Part shown: positions 40,195 to 49,406 of the stretch, piece by piece
How the letters are laid out: every line of letters starts with the position of its first letter
How positions within the stretch are numbered: position 1 is the stretch's first letter
Virus record (IMG/VR): IMGVR_UViG_3300043568_001465
From: an uncultured virus (IMG/VR IMGVR_UViG_3300043568_001465)
Taxonomy: Duplodnaviria > Heunggongvirae > Uroviricota > Caudoviricetes
Direction: 5' to 3' (one strand)
Length of the DNA stretch: 64,000 nucleotides
The notes under the pieces: generated by a model
Database searches by the model: none
Told to the model about the DNA's origin: nothing
The model's input: the letters and a program-made list of their open reading frames with translations, nothing else
Translations under genes and position numbers: made by a program

Positions 40195-40249
40195 ACCATT
40201 TATTTAATTAAATAAATTCCATATACTACACAAAAGACAAGTGTTGTAT

Positions 40250-41656
40250 ATGGAATTATTGCATCATTATTATCAAGAAAAAAGAGAAAAGGATCGAGGT
40301 CTGTTATCTAGTTGTGAATTAAAAGTAGCAGAAGATTTTGAATATCTGGTTTACGCATCAGAATATCATTGTGAATATGTAAGGGTAGGGAAAACCAATG
40401 CAATAAAATTTATTCACCATTTAACATTGAATAAACTGACGGGTGAGTTTACTGTTACATATCGTATTGATAATGAACACCGTAACACTAGCGTTTTAAA
40501 ACGTGCTGGTAATTGGGTTAAGAAAAACAATTTTGAATATCTTAATGAATTAACTGAAAGAGGGTTTTATTTTGGTGAGAAGCGAATAAACTATTGGGGT
40601 GTCAAATATAAGAAAGCTACTTCAGAGATTTTAGATTTATTTTTAAAATCATTAAAAGCTAATATGTCAACATCATATAACCAGGATAAGGATTACGTTT
40701 CGAAACCCTATGTCAACGCACTATATGATTTGATAGTTGATTTCCATTTAAATAAGAAGGGAATAAAACAACATGATGACATTTATAATGACATTATTTA
40801 CGACTATCCAAAACCTAAATGGTTGAAAAATAATGAATTTAAGTTTATCCCGGCTGTCTTGGATTCATATGGTATTAAATGTAAGTACCTTGTTGGTGAA
40901 TTATCGTTTAGGGTAACTGAACAACCAATCATTATACGTTCATTAAACTTTCTTTGTAAACTGTTTGGCGAAAACTATCTAGAGTATATTAAACGTTTGA
41001 ACTGGATGAAAATATGCTCAGAGAAGATAACAGTAAAGAAGGTTTACCCATGTAAAAACGATGCTGAGAAAGAAAGTTTATTAAACACATTAAATAACTG
41101 GGATGAATCGGAGATAATGTTAGATGGTAGATTAAAATCTATAAATGATTTGTTTACTATGAGGTCATTTATAGAAGAAAGGGGTTATGTTTTAAAGTAC
41201 AAATCAAAATCAAGCAGAGACACCTCTAATCTTTTAGAAAAATGGGGATTACTAAAGAAACACTTAAAACTTGGATATAAGATTAGATATAATGTTCCGG
41301 ATGATGTTATAATGGATCTTGAACAACCAATAAATTACAATGGTAATGTTTATAAACCAATGTTAATTTTGAGTGAGGATCAATTTAAAATTGAAGCGAT
41401 GACGATGAAAAATTGTATGGCTGGTCAGTTTAATTTAGGGTTTCATTATCTATACATAGCAATGTCATGTGGAAGTAAAAGAGTTAATGTTCAATACCGA
41501 AAAGGTAAATTAGTCCAGGCAAGAGGTAAAACCAACATTGATTTACCATCCGAATTTGAAAGGCCGGTGGAGATTTTAAGTAATAGAGTGGTAAAATACG
41601 CTGATTTAAGTTGGAAAAGGGAAAAATACGATATCATCAATGGTATAAAAATTTAA
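40250..41656 (+). CDS. PcfJ-like domain protein (paralog of upstream gene)
   Basis: EAMTMKNCMA, VQARGKTN; central YP...L.KN......VLD...IK.K segment shared with 38284-40194. Confidence 0.65.
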   Translation: MELLHHYYQEKREKDRGLLSSCELKVAEDFEYLVYASEYHCEYVRVGKTNAIKFIHHLTLNKLTGEFTVTYRIDNEHRNTSVLKRAGNWVKKNNFEYLNELTERGFYFGEKRINYWGVKYKKATSEILDLFLKSLKANMSTSYNQDKDYVSKPYVNALYDLIVDFHLNKKGIKQHDDIYNDIIYDYPKPKWLKNNEFKFIPAVLDSYGIKCKYLVGELSFRVTEQPIIIRSLNFLCKLFGENYLEYIKRLNWMKICSEKITVKKVYPCKNDAEKESLLNTLNNWDESEIMLDGRLKSINDLFTMRSFIEERGYVLKYKSKSSRDTSNLLEKWGLLKKHLKLGYKIRYNVPDDVIMDLEQPINYNGNVYKPMLILSEDQFKIEAMTMKNCMAGQFNLGFHYLYIAMSCGSKRVNVQYRKGKLVQARGKTNIDLPSEFERPVEILSNRVVKYADLSWKREKYDIINGIKI

Positions 41657-41682
41657 TATGTTAATAATTTTTTCTTAATATT

Positions 41683-41712
41683 TTTGTTTTTAATCATTGT
41701 TTCGTATATTAG
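41683..41712 (+). promoter_or_regulatory. Bacteroidota-type promoter
   Basis: TTTG-N18-TATATTAG upstream of ATG 41735. Confidence 0.5.
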
Positions 41713-41734
41713 TACCCAGAAACCAATCAAACAT

Positions 41735-41863
41735 ATGGACGCACGAACAAAATTAGAAGAAAAGTACAAAAATTATGAAAGAGTTAACACTTTTCGAGGG
41801 TGGATTAAACACTTTTACTTAGTTTTGCTATCATTATTCATTACAAAAAAATATTATAAATAA
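41735..41863 (+). CDS. 42-aa hypothetical protein (not in ORF track)
   Basis: MDARTKLEEKY...; TAATG coupling to the next ORF. Confidence 0.45.
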   Translation: MDARTKLEEKYKNYERVNTFRGWIKHFYLVLLSLFITKKYYK

Positions 41864-42027
41864 TGCAACAGAAAGAATCAAAAACAAACACACATTTTTG
41901 GATAAGTTTATTCAAAAGTGGATTAAGATTTGGAGCATGTTATTTCTTATTTAACGAACAGTTTGGTAATGCCGCAATATTTTTCGGATTAGCCGAAGTG
42001 TTGGGCATTGCTGAAGAAATCTTTTAA
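41863..42027 (+). CDS. 54-aa membrane protein (not in ORF track)
   Basis: HFWISLFKSGLR...AEVLGIAEE, a small phage membrane-protein pattern. Confidence 0.6.
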   Translation: MQQKESKTNTHFWISLFKSGLRFGACYFLFNEQFGNAAIFFGLAEVLGIAEEIF

Positions 42028-42072
42028 TTATGAATTACTTTTTAACACGAGCATTCGTACAAAAACTTAAAT

Positions 42073-42372
42073 ATGAACACAACTACAAGACCAACAAACA
42101 ACCTAAACGCGACAACGTTTCAAGAGTTGAACTTCCAAGCACACCCAGCGGGAATCGGAAAACAATGTATAGTACAATTCTCAAATGGTTATGGGGCTAG
42201 TATTGTACAAGGGCCACACACATATGGTGGATCATCTGGGCTTTACGAGTTAGCTGTATTTGGTAAAAATGGTGAGATTAGTTATGAAACACCAATTACC
42301 AATGATGTGCTCGGTTACCTTTCAGAACAAGAAGTTGAAAAAACATTATCTGATATAAAAAATCTAGATTAA
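42073..42372 (+). CDS. Conserved phage hypothetical protein
   Basis: FSNGYGASIV...YG...GLYELAV...DVLGYL. Confidence 0.65.
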   Translation: MNTTTRPTNNLNATTFQELNFQAHPAGIGKQCIVQFSNGYGASIVQGPHTYGGSSGLYELAVFGKNGEISYETPITNDVLGYLSEQEVEKTLSDIKNLD

Positions 42373-42373
42373 A

Positions 42374-42625
42374 ATGACAACTGAAACTAAATTAAGAGGT
42401 GGCATCGCTTTATCCTTATTATGTTTAATCATGATGACATTTGAATATTTTGAGAAAGATAGGGTTTATCAAGAACTTAAAGTATCGTCGTCAACACAAA
42501 TTGATAGTTTACGAGATGAATTAAATGTTCAACACATGATTAATGGAGAACTTTCATATAATTGGGAAATATTACGCGAAATAAATCCGATTCTTGCGGA
42601 TAGTATTGATAATCAAACAGAATAA
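42374..42625 (+). CDS. Membrane-anchored hypothetical protein
   Basis: N-terminal TM segment. Confidence 0.5.
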   Translation: MTTETKLRGGIALSLLCLIMMTFEYFEKDRVYQELKVSSSTQIDSLRDELNVQHMINGELSYNWEILREINPILADSIDNQTE

Positions 42626-42626
42626 T

Positions 42627-42923
42627 ATGGATACAGATTTTCACATTGGTAATGGAAATTACATAAACCTACAAACAAGTAGTTTAGTTAAATTACAGGA
42701 GCAGTTTATAATATACACTGAAGATGGTCCAGTAAAATTAAATGTTGATGTTGTTGCAGATTTTGCAAGCATAGACAAAAAATACCATGAAATATTTTTT
42801 AATGTCCTATCTTCTAAATATCTAAATAAGGTTGCCTTTGGGGATAATCCATTCTCTGAATGTAAACCAATTGTTAAAAGAAAATGGTGGGAGTTTTGGA
42901 AATCAAAATACATTCAATTATGA
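42627..42923 (+). CDS. Hypothetical protein ending KRKWWEFWK
   Basis: Start reassigned to ATG 42627. Confidence 0.55.
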   Translation: MDTDFHIGNGNYINLQTSSLVKLQEQFIIYTEDGPVKLNVDVVADFASIDKKYHEIFFNVLSSKYLNKVAFGDNPFSECKPIVKRKWWEFWKSKYIQL

Positions 42924-43069
42924 CAACCGAACAAATTATTGGAACACTTCTTATTATTTTTGGATTTTGGTTTGCCTATGAAATTTATCGGGCACCAATG
43001 GTTGACGAAAATAACAGAATAACTAAACCAGGTAAAAAACTCAGTGACTTATGGCGAAAGCGACGTTAG
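42920..43069 (+). CDS. Small membrane protein
   Basis: MTTEQIIGTLLIIFGFWFAYEIYRAP; ATGA overlap with upstream gene. Confidence 0.5.
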   Translation: MTTEQIIGTLLIIFGFWFAYEIYRAPMVDENNRITKPGKKLSDLWRKRR

Positions 43070-43296
43070 AATATGATTTAAATGAACCAGATGATGTGTT
43101 AGCACATCTAAGAGCGGTCAAATCTTTAGATTTGGCATTGGCTTTATGGGATATTGTACATAACACAAAAAAAGGGTTAGAATGGTCAATGGAAGGTAAA
43201 GAAATTGACAAATATGACGCCCTAGAATTGGTTTATGAGAAGATACACGAAATATTAGATAACCATAACATCAATACGGACGAACTAATTAACTGA
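43051..43296 (+). CDS. Hypothetical phage protein
   Basis: MAKATLEYDL...LALALWDI. Confidence 0.55.
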   Translation: MAKATLEYDLNEPDDVLAHLRAVKSLDLALALWDIVHNTKKGLEWSMEGKEIDKYDALELVYEKIHEILDNHNINTDELIN

Positions 43297-43319
43297 TATT
43301 TATCATATAAACAAATACT

Positions 43320-43790
43320 ATGGCATACGGAGATAAGGTAATAGACCATTTCAATAACCCACGAAATGTAGGAACTTTGGATAAAAGTAAATCCAATGTA
43401 GGTACGGGATTGGTTGGTGCACCTGAATGTGGTGATGTCATGAGATTACAAATAGAAGTGATTGACAACATCATTGTTGATGCAAAATTTAAAACCTTCG
43501 GATGTGGTTCAGCAATCGCCTCTTCTTCAGTAGCCACTGAATGGTTGAAAGGAAAGAGTATCGATGATGCGTTGACGATTGATAACATGGATTTAGTGGA
43601 GGAACTATCGTTACCTCCAGTTAAGATACATTGTTCGGTATTAGCTGAAGATGCTATTAAATCCGCAATAAATGACTATAGAAAGAAGCAAGGATTACAA
43701 GAAATTAAATTCGAGGATATCTTTAATGACGAAAAAAGAGAAAGTGTTAAACAGTTTATTTTAGAAAACAAACAAAAAAATAAGTTATGA
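43320..43790 (+). CDS. iscU: Fe-S cluster scaffold IscU
   Basis: DHFNNPRNVG, GAPECGDVMRLQI, FKTFGCGSAIASSS, LPPVKIHCSVLAEDAIK. Confidence 0.95.
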   Translation: MAYGDKVIDHFNNPRNVGTLDKSKSNVGTGLVGAPECGDVMRLQIEVIDNIIVDAKFKTFGCGSAIASSSVATEWLKGKSIDDALTIDNMDLVEELSLPPVKIHCSVLAEDAIKSAINDYRKKQGLQEIKFEDIFNDEKRESVKQFILENKQKNKL

Positions 43791-44095
43791 GTTTTATCAT
43801 TGGTAGGGCTTGTGTTGATTGTATGGATACTGCATGTGCAAATGTGTGTCCTGTTGATTGTATTCACGGACCAATTGATATAGAGGGTTCAGGTTCGGAA
43901 GTTGGGAAACAAGGTAAAGATGCGTTCCCTGGTGGACAACTTTACATAAATCCAGATATATGTATCAATTGTGGTGCATGTGTACCTGAATGTCCCGTTA
44001 GTGCTATTTATGAGGACGAAGATTTAGCAATAAAAGCAGGTGATGAAGAGTATGTTCATAAGAACTACGAATTCTTTGGTTTAAAATATAATTAA
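43787..44095 (+). CDS. Dicluster ferredoxin
   Basis: CVDCMDTACANVCPVDCI and CINCGACVPECP. Confidence 0.9.
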   Translation: MSFIIGRACVDCMDTACANVCPVDCIHGPIDIEGSGSEVGKQGKDAFPGGQLYINPDICINCGACVPECPVSAIYEDEDLAIKAGDEEYVHKNYEFFGLKYN

Positions 44096-44096
44096 G

Positions 44097-44426
44097 ATGG
44101 TTACAGTATCGGATAAAGCACTTGAACACGTTGTTGAATTAATGATGCAACAGGGAATGACACCAGACACCCATTTTCTTCGTGTTGGCGTTAAAGGAGG
44201 TGGTTGTAGTGGATTATCATATGCGATGGATTTTGATGACACAATCACAGACATGGATGAAGTCGTTGATTTAAACGCGTTGAAGGTGATTATAGATAAA
44301 AAATCGGTTTTATATCTCTACGGTACTGAATTAGATTATTCCGATGGATTAAACGGAAAAGGTTTTAATTGGATTAACCCACAGGCAAGTCGAACTTGTG
44401 GATGTGGAGAAAGTTTCGCTCTTTAA
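44097..44426 (+). CDS. iscA: A-type Fe-S carrier (IscA/HesB)
   Basis: RVGVKGGGCSGLSY, NPQASRTCGCGESF. Confidence 0.92.
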   Translation: MVTVSDKALEHVVELMMQQGMTPDTHFLRVGVKGGGCSGLSYAMDFDDTITDMDEVVDLNALKVIIDKKSVLYLYGTELDYSDGLNGKGFNWINPQASRTCGCGESFAL

Positions 44427-44453
44427 TTTTTTTTAACAATAAAACATATCACT

Positions 44454-44642
44454 ATGCTGGATCTTACACCAGATGACATCGAAATCAACCCTAAAGAAAG
44501 TAATGACACTAAAAAACCCAAACCTCAAGACGTAACATTTTGGGAAAGTTTAGATTATCTAAAAAAGTGTAGAGATATGTTATCTATACACGAGGAGAAT
44601 TACATTAACAACATGGCTTACAAATATAAACACTTAAGATAA
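44454..44642 (+). CDS. Hypothetical protein
   Basis: Coupled to the downstream methyltransferase (TAATG). Confidence 0.45.
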   Translation: MLDLTPDDIEINPKESNDTKKPKPQDVTFWESLDYLKKCRDMLSIHEENYINNMAYKYKHLR

Positions 44643-45274
44643 TGAAGGTATTAGAATTATTTGCTGGTAGTAGATCAATAGGTAAAGCTGCCGAAGAAAT
44701 TGGTATGGAAGTATTTTCATGTGATCTAATTGATTTTGGTGGTATAAACTATGTCGCAGATATCAGAGAGTTTGATTACTCTAAAATACCATTTGTGCCA
44801 GATGTTATCTGGGCGTCACCACCTTGTACTGGATTTAGTGTTGCAGCTATTGGTCGTAATTGGAATCACGATAAGACACCCAAGACGGACACCGCTAGAT
44901 TAGGTATTGAATTGGTAAAAAAAACCATTGAGATTATAAATCATTATAACCCCAAACATTTCTTTATTGAAAACCCAAGAGGTATGTTAAGAAAGATGCC
45001 GATTATGGAGCAATTCAAAAGACATACTGTCACTTATTGTCAGTATGGTGATGACAGAATGAAACCAACAGACATCTGGACTAATAGCGATATATGGGCA
45101 CCAAAACCAGCGTGTAAAAATGGTGACCCTTGTCACGTTGCAGCACCTAGGGGATCTGTCACAGGAACCCAGGGTTTAAAGGGTGCATATGAAAGAAGTA
45201 AAATTCCTCACGAACTTTGTTCAGAAGTTTTAAAAAGTTGTCTCGTATATGAAAATCAAACATCCGTTAGTTAA
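44642..45274 (+). CDS. C5 cytosine DNA methyltransferase (compact)
   Basis: VLELFAGS, IWASPPC, IENP, YCQYG...KPT, ERSKIP. Confidence 0.8.
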   Translation: MKVLELFAGSRSIGKAAEEIGMEVFSCDLIDFGGINYVADIREFDYSKIPFVPDVIWASPPCTGFSVAAIGRNWNHDKTPKTDTARLGIELVKKTIEIINHYNPKHFFIENPRGMLRKMPIMEQFKRHTVTYCQYGDDRMKPTDIWTNSDIWAPKPACKNGDPCHVAAPRGSVTGTQGLKGAYERSKIPHELCSEVLKSCLVYENQTSVS

Positions 45275-45932
45275 AGGTAGGGTTGTTGAAATAAAACCAA
45301 GAATATATTGTGTTGAAGTAGATGACAATTATGATAGAGCAATGTTGTTCTGTCGTTATCAAGAGTTCTACGAATCACCATATAAAGAATTCAGAGGTAA
45401 ACCATTCACGTGGATGGAGTATATGCGTTTTTATAAAAATGCGTGGAAGAAAAATGTGTTTACATATCCACATGATTGGGTAGGTTACAACATACCCAGT
45501 AATATTGTTGAAAAAGCTAACAACGTTTTTTACAAAGAAACTGAATACGATGGAATAATGAACGACATTTATTTTCATTGTACTATAGATTCACAGAATA
45601 AAAACGATGGAACTATGTGTGATTGGTATTTGATTGGTGCAAGTAGTAAGGATGTAAGAACCCTAGACCACGAAATTGCTCATGGTTTATACTTCACAAA
45701 TAAAGAATATAAGAAGTCGGTTGATAAACTTATTAAAACAATTAAATCCAAAAATTACGATTCATTAAGAAAGAAATTAATGAAAATGGGTTATGCTGAT
45801 GATAAGAAAATCATCGATGATGAAATTCAAGCATTCATGTCCACTGGATTGTATAATACACTAGATAAAAAATGCTTTCAACAGTACGAAAAGGTGTTTA
45901 TGAAGAATTTTAAATTATTTAATAAATCTTAA
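45249..45932 (+). CDS. Hypothetical protein with HExxH motif
   Basis: FCRYQEFYESP, DHEIAHG, DEIQAF. Confidence 0.55.
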   Translation: MKIKHPLVKGRVVEIKPRIYCVEVDDNYDRAMLFCRYQEFYESPYKEFRGKPFTWMEYMRFYKNAWKKNVFTYPHDWVGYNIPSNIVEKANNVFYKETEYDGIMNDIYFHCTIDSQNKNDGTMCDWYLIGASSKDVRTLDHEIAHGLYFTNKEYKKSVDKLIKTIKSKNYDSLRKKLMKMGYADDKKIIDDEIQAFMSTGLYNTLDKKCFQQYEKVFMKNFKLFNKS

Positions 45933-45978
45933 AAAAATACTATTTTCTTGATATATATGTATTAGAAAAAACATATCA

Positions 45979-46392
45979 ATGCAAGAAGAGTTCGTTCCTT
46001 ATCATCAGCACCTGTTACTTAAATGCTGGATAACAAACCCACCAAAAGAGGTTGAGGTTCTTAATAAATGGTTTATCGATTTAGTACACAAAGTCGGTAT
46101 GGTTGTTGTCGGTGGACCAACTAGTGTTTATGTGGATTATCCTGGAAATGAAGGTTTGACTGGAACAGTTACATTAGCAACATCACATTCATCTATTCAC
46201 ATATGGGACCACTATGAATTACCAATGGCTCAGTTCGACATTTACAGTTGCAAGTGTTTCACGTTAGAAGATGTTTTAAACCAATTTAAACCATGGGGTA
46301 TTGTTAAAGCTGAATGGGTTATGATTGATAGAAACACAAAGCCAACAATAACCCACGAAGGTGTTTGGGTGTGCGGGCCATCCGATTTATAG
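45979..46392 (+). CDS. speD: Pyruvoyl-dependent S-adenosylmethionine decarboxylase homologue
   Basis: HQHLL, GLTG...LATSHSSIHIW, FDIYSCK. Confidence 0.75.
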   Translation: MQEEFVPYHQHLLLKCWITNPPKEVEVLNKWFIDLVHKVGMVVVGGPTSVYVDYPGNEGLTGTVTLATSHSSIHIWDHYELPMAQFDIYSCKCFTLEDVLNQFKPWGIVKAEWVMIDRNTKPTITHEGVWVCGPSDL

Positions 46393-46444
46393 ATTTATAT
46401 TGTCTGGTATTTTACGTATCTTTGACATATTAACAAATAAAAAT

Positions 46445-47029
46445 ATGAAAGTTATATTTCTGGATCACGATGGTGTGATTTGTTTATCGACCGAATGGGG
46501 TGGTAGACACAAGAAACAAAAAAAGGTTGGTAGGAAACTAACCCAATCGGTGGAGTCGTTACCTGTCGATGCACGCTTTGATAACTTTAATAAAAAAGCT
46601 ATTGATGTATTAAATGAAATATTGGAAGAAACTAGCGCTGAAATTGTTATCTCATCTGATTGGAAAAGATGGGCCACTGTTGAGGAGATGGGTGAATATT
46701 ATGAGTCACAGGGAATCAAAAAGAAACCTATAGCGTTCACTAAGAATTTAGCTGAATGCGATGTTCCTCAAAACTTCATATGGTCCCGTCAATGGGACCT
46801 AGAACAGTCAAGATCCTTAGAGATTAACCAGTACCTACAAGACCATAAAGAAATCACACATTGGGTTGCTGTGGATGACCTGAATATGGGTATCCCACAA
46901 ACACACGATACTTGGGGAGATATGGTTATGGACTGGGGATTAACTAACTTCGTGTTAACACCAAAAAGTATTGAAGGAATTAAACAAACAGGAATTAAAG
47001 ATAAAATTTTAAACTTTTTAAACAATTAA
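46445..47029 (+). CDS. HAD-superfamily phosphatase (Swiss-Army-knife RNA-repair type)
   Basis: VIFLDHDGV, IVISSDW, WVAVDD; start reassigned to ATG 46445 after TATCTTTG (46417-46424). Confidence 0.75.
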   Translation: MKVIFLDHDGVICLSTEWGGRHKKQKKVGRKLTQSVESLPVDARFDNFNKKAIDVLNEILEETSAEIVISSDWKRWATVEEMGEYYESQGIKKKPIAFTKNLAECDVPQNFIWSRQWDLEQSRSLEINQYLQDHKEITHWVAVDDLNMGIPQTHDTWGDMVMDWGLTNFVLTPKSIEGIKQTGIKDKILNFLNN

Positions 47030-47034
47030 ATTAT

Positions 47035-47199
47035 ATGGAATATATTCTACCATTTGCTATTATGTTTATCATCGTCGGGTTCATCTCTTGGAGATGGGTT
47101 GTCGGTATTGACTATATGAAAGAAAACCATCCCGATTATAAGGGAGAAGATTTTTTAAATTGGGGTGATGACGATAATGACAAGAATCAAATCATGTAA
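47035..47199 (+). CDS. 54-aa membrane protein (not in ORF track)
   Basis: TM helix then GIDYMKENHPDYKGEDF. Confidence 0.55.
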   Translation: MEYILPFAIMFIIVGFISWRWVVGIDYMKENHPDYKGEDFLNWGDDDNDKNQIM

Positions 47200-47881
47200 T
47201 TAAATCAATTTCTTTTTCTAGATATTCTTTTAGAACACTATTACCATATGGCGATAAGTGTTGATCGTTTATATCGGAGCCATCACAAATCCTTAATTTC
47301 TTTTCTTCAGCAATTCTACCAAATAAAAATTGTCTAGGTTCAAATTCGATAAAATTAAGTTCTTTTAATTTATCATATAGAATATTATCTTTTCTTTTTA
47401 TCAGTGTTTCCTCAACACATAATGAATCCCAAAGATAGTTTATATATTTATATCCTTTCTTCTCAATATAAGCGTTAAAAATTTCAACATCCTTCATAAA
47501 TTTTTTAAGATACACTTCTTCATCATATATGTTCATTATGTAATATTGATAAAACCCTCCCAATGTTTTATCTGTAAATTCCAATCCAAATTCACAGTAT
47601 TCATTAGGTGGTGAATGGAAGTTACCATCAAATCTCAATTTATTTTCACCAATTGGTAAATATAAACGTGAAATATAAGAATATTGGATAACCAATACTG
47701 TATCTTTTACTTCTGTATGGAATGGTTTATCCGAATCACATATAAAATCATAAACATCTTCCATAATTTTATATGGTCCAGCACCACTATGTCCGGCTAA
47801 ATGGTTTTTTGTTTTTGTAAATGAACTAAAGAAACCACTCCTAGCTGTGTGGGAATCTCCAAAAAAAACTAGATTTTTCAT
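47192..47881 (-). CDS. SGNH-like protein
   Basis: VFFGDSHT, DQHLSPYGN; start reassigned to ATG 47881. Confidence 0.6.
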   Translation of the reverse strand: MKNLVFFGDSHTARSGFFSSFTKTKNHLAGHSGAGPYKIMEDVYDFICDSDKPFHTEVKDTVLVIQYSYISRLYLPIGENKLRFDGNFHSPPNEYCEFGLEFTDKTLGGFYQYYIMNIYDEEVYLKKFMKDVEIFNAYIEKKGYKYINYLWDSLCVEETLIKRKDNILYDKLKELNFIEFEPRQFLFGRIAEEKKLRICDGSDINDQHLSPYGNSVLKEYLEKEIDLIT

Positions 47882-47915
47882 ATAACATATATATCTTTGG
47901 TCATATTTATATACT

Positions 47916-49406
47916 ATGAGAGTAATAATATCAGAAAACCAATTAAAAAAGGTCCTTAAATCATCTTTAAACGAGAATGATGGTAAGGAAATTTTGGATA
48001 AAATACTATCTTGGACCAAAGATAAGATAAATCAAGTAGAAAAACTATTTGATGACCCTAAAAAAGCGGATAAATTAGATGTTGATGTTGATAGTTATTA
48101 CAACAAATTGGAAGCAATTAGTGGACCAATCGACCAGCAACAACGCGGTGGTTTTAAGTTTCAAGAAAGTGTTGAAGCGGTTCAAATAGGTTTAATTTTA
48201 TTAGATTATAAATTACCTAGATTTGGTGTGGATGGTTTATTTGGACCAGAAACAGCAGAAGCGGTAAATAAATTCAAAGAAGATAATAATATAGCGGACA
48301 TTTCATTGAACGAAGGGTTCATTAACGCTGGGTCAACAAACTATTCAAACTTAAAATTCTCATCAAAATCTAGTGGCGACAATCTTAGTCAAGCATTATT
48401 AGATGATATTCAAACTGCAGCATCAAGTGTTAATGTGGTTGCAAAGGTAACAACAGCAAATACTGGTCACAGTTATTTAACAACAACCGGAAATGTGAGT
48501 AGACACACCAAAAACATTGCGGTAGATATTGGTTATTTAAATGGTAAAGTTTGTAGTGCTAAGGGACCAGAATATGATTGTGGTTCATTTAAAACCGACG
48601 GTGACAAATTAAAAGACGCTTTGGTTTCTATGGGCTACGTTTGGAACAAAGAAAAAGGTAATCAAAAAGCCGTATTGTGGCAGACATATATTGGTGGTAA
48701 TCACTATAACCATTTACACGTTTCTAACAACGGCGAAGCTAGCGATGGACCTGTAGATGTTGCATCTGCTGCTGTTGGAGGTGCCGCTGTTGCAATAATT
48801 ACTGTTGATATGGTTAAGACCATGATTAGTAAATTACAAGCCGGGAATTTGGTTACAAGAGAAACATTAAAAACACATGTTGACCCTGCAAAAGTAACTG
48901 GTGGCAATGAAGTTTTCACCGACTTAGATTTAACAACACCAGAAGGTTATAGTGCTTATAGAAAAATATGCGATAACTATATTGCAACAAGAAACCCATC
49001 AGGACCAATCACTGGAACAATGATGGCTGACGGTGCAAAAATGGCTATGGAGAAATATAGAAAGTATGTTCCACCAGAATTAGCGTTAGCTCAAATTACT
49101 GTTGAAGGTGGGTTAGCTACCGATTATACTAACAAACCACATAGAACCAAGAATCCGTTTAACGTTGGTCAAAACAAAACAATCAGTAATCCACAACCAA
49201 CTTACCAAGCAGGTATTGATATCTACTATTCATTAATTGCTAGAAGATACATGACGAATGGTAAAACTGCTAGTAATTTGATTATGGACTTTAAAAACGA
49301 TGAAGGATCTGCATATGCGGACGCCGGCTACGAAAGAGCACTTACAAGTTTAATCGCTAGCATAAGAAAGAAAAATGAATCAATTTACAAAGAATTAGCC
49401 GTATAA
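47916..49406 (+). CDS. Multidomain peptidoglycan hydrolase (PG-binding, M15-like Zn peptidase, lysozyme/glucosaminidase-like)
   Basis: VDGLFGPETAEAVNKF; SRH...AVDI...HYNHLHVS; LALAQITVEG...NPFNVG...YA. Confidence 0.7.
   Translation: MRVIISENQLKKVLKSSLNENDGKEILDKILSWTKDKINQVEKLFDDPKKADKLDVDVDSYYNKLEAISGPIDQQQRGGFKFQESVEAVQIGLILLDYKLPRFGVDGLFGPETAEAVNKFKEDNNIADISLNEGFINAGSTNYSNLKFSSKSSGDNLSQALLDDIQTAASSVNVVAKVTTANTGHSYLTTTGNVSRHTKNIAVDIGYLNGKVCSAKGPEYDCGSFKTDGDKLKDALVSMGYVWNKEKGNQKAVLWQTYIGGNHYNHLHVSNNGEASDGPVDVASAAVGGAAVAIITVDMVKTMISKLQAGNLVTRETLKTHVDPAKVTGGNEVFTDLDLTTPEGYSAYRKICDNYIATRNPSGPITGTMMADGAKMAMEKYRKYVPPELALAQITVEGGLATDYTNKPHRTKNPFNVGQNKTISNPQPTYQAGIDIYYSLIARRYMTNGKTASNLIMDFKNDEGSAYADAGYERALTSLIASIRKKNESIYKELAV

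Noticed and set aside
25642..44426. Cellular chromosome origin (LPS-like operon, isc genes)
   Set aside because: Interspersed with phage fibre, LamG, PcfJ and many small phage-type ORFs; no iscS/hscAB, transporters or housekeeping synteny.
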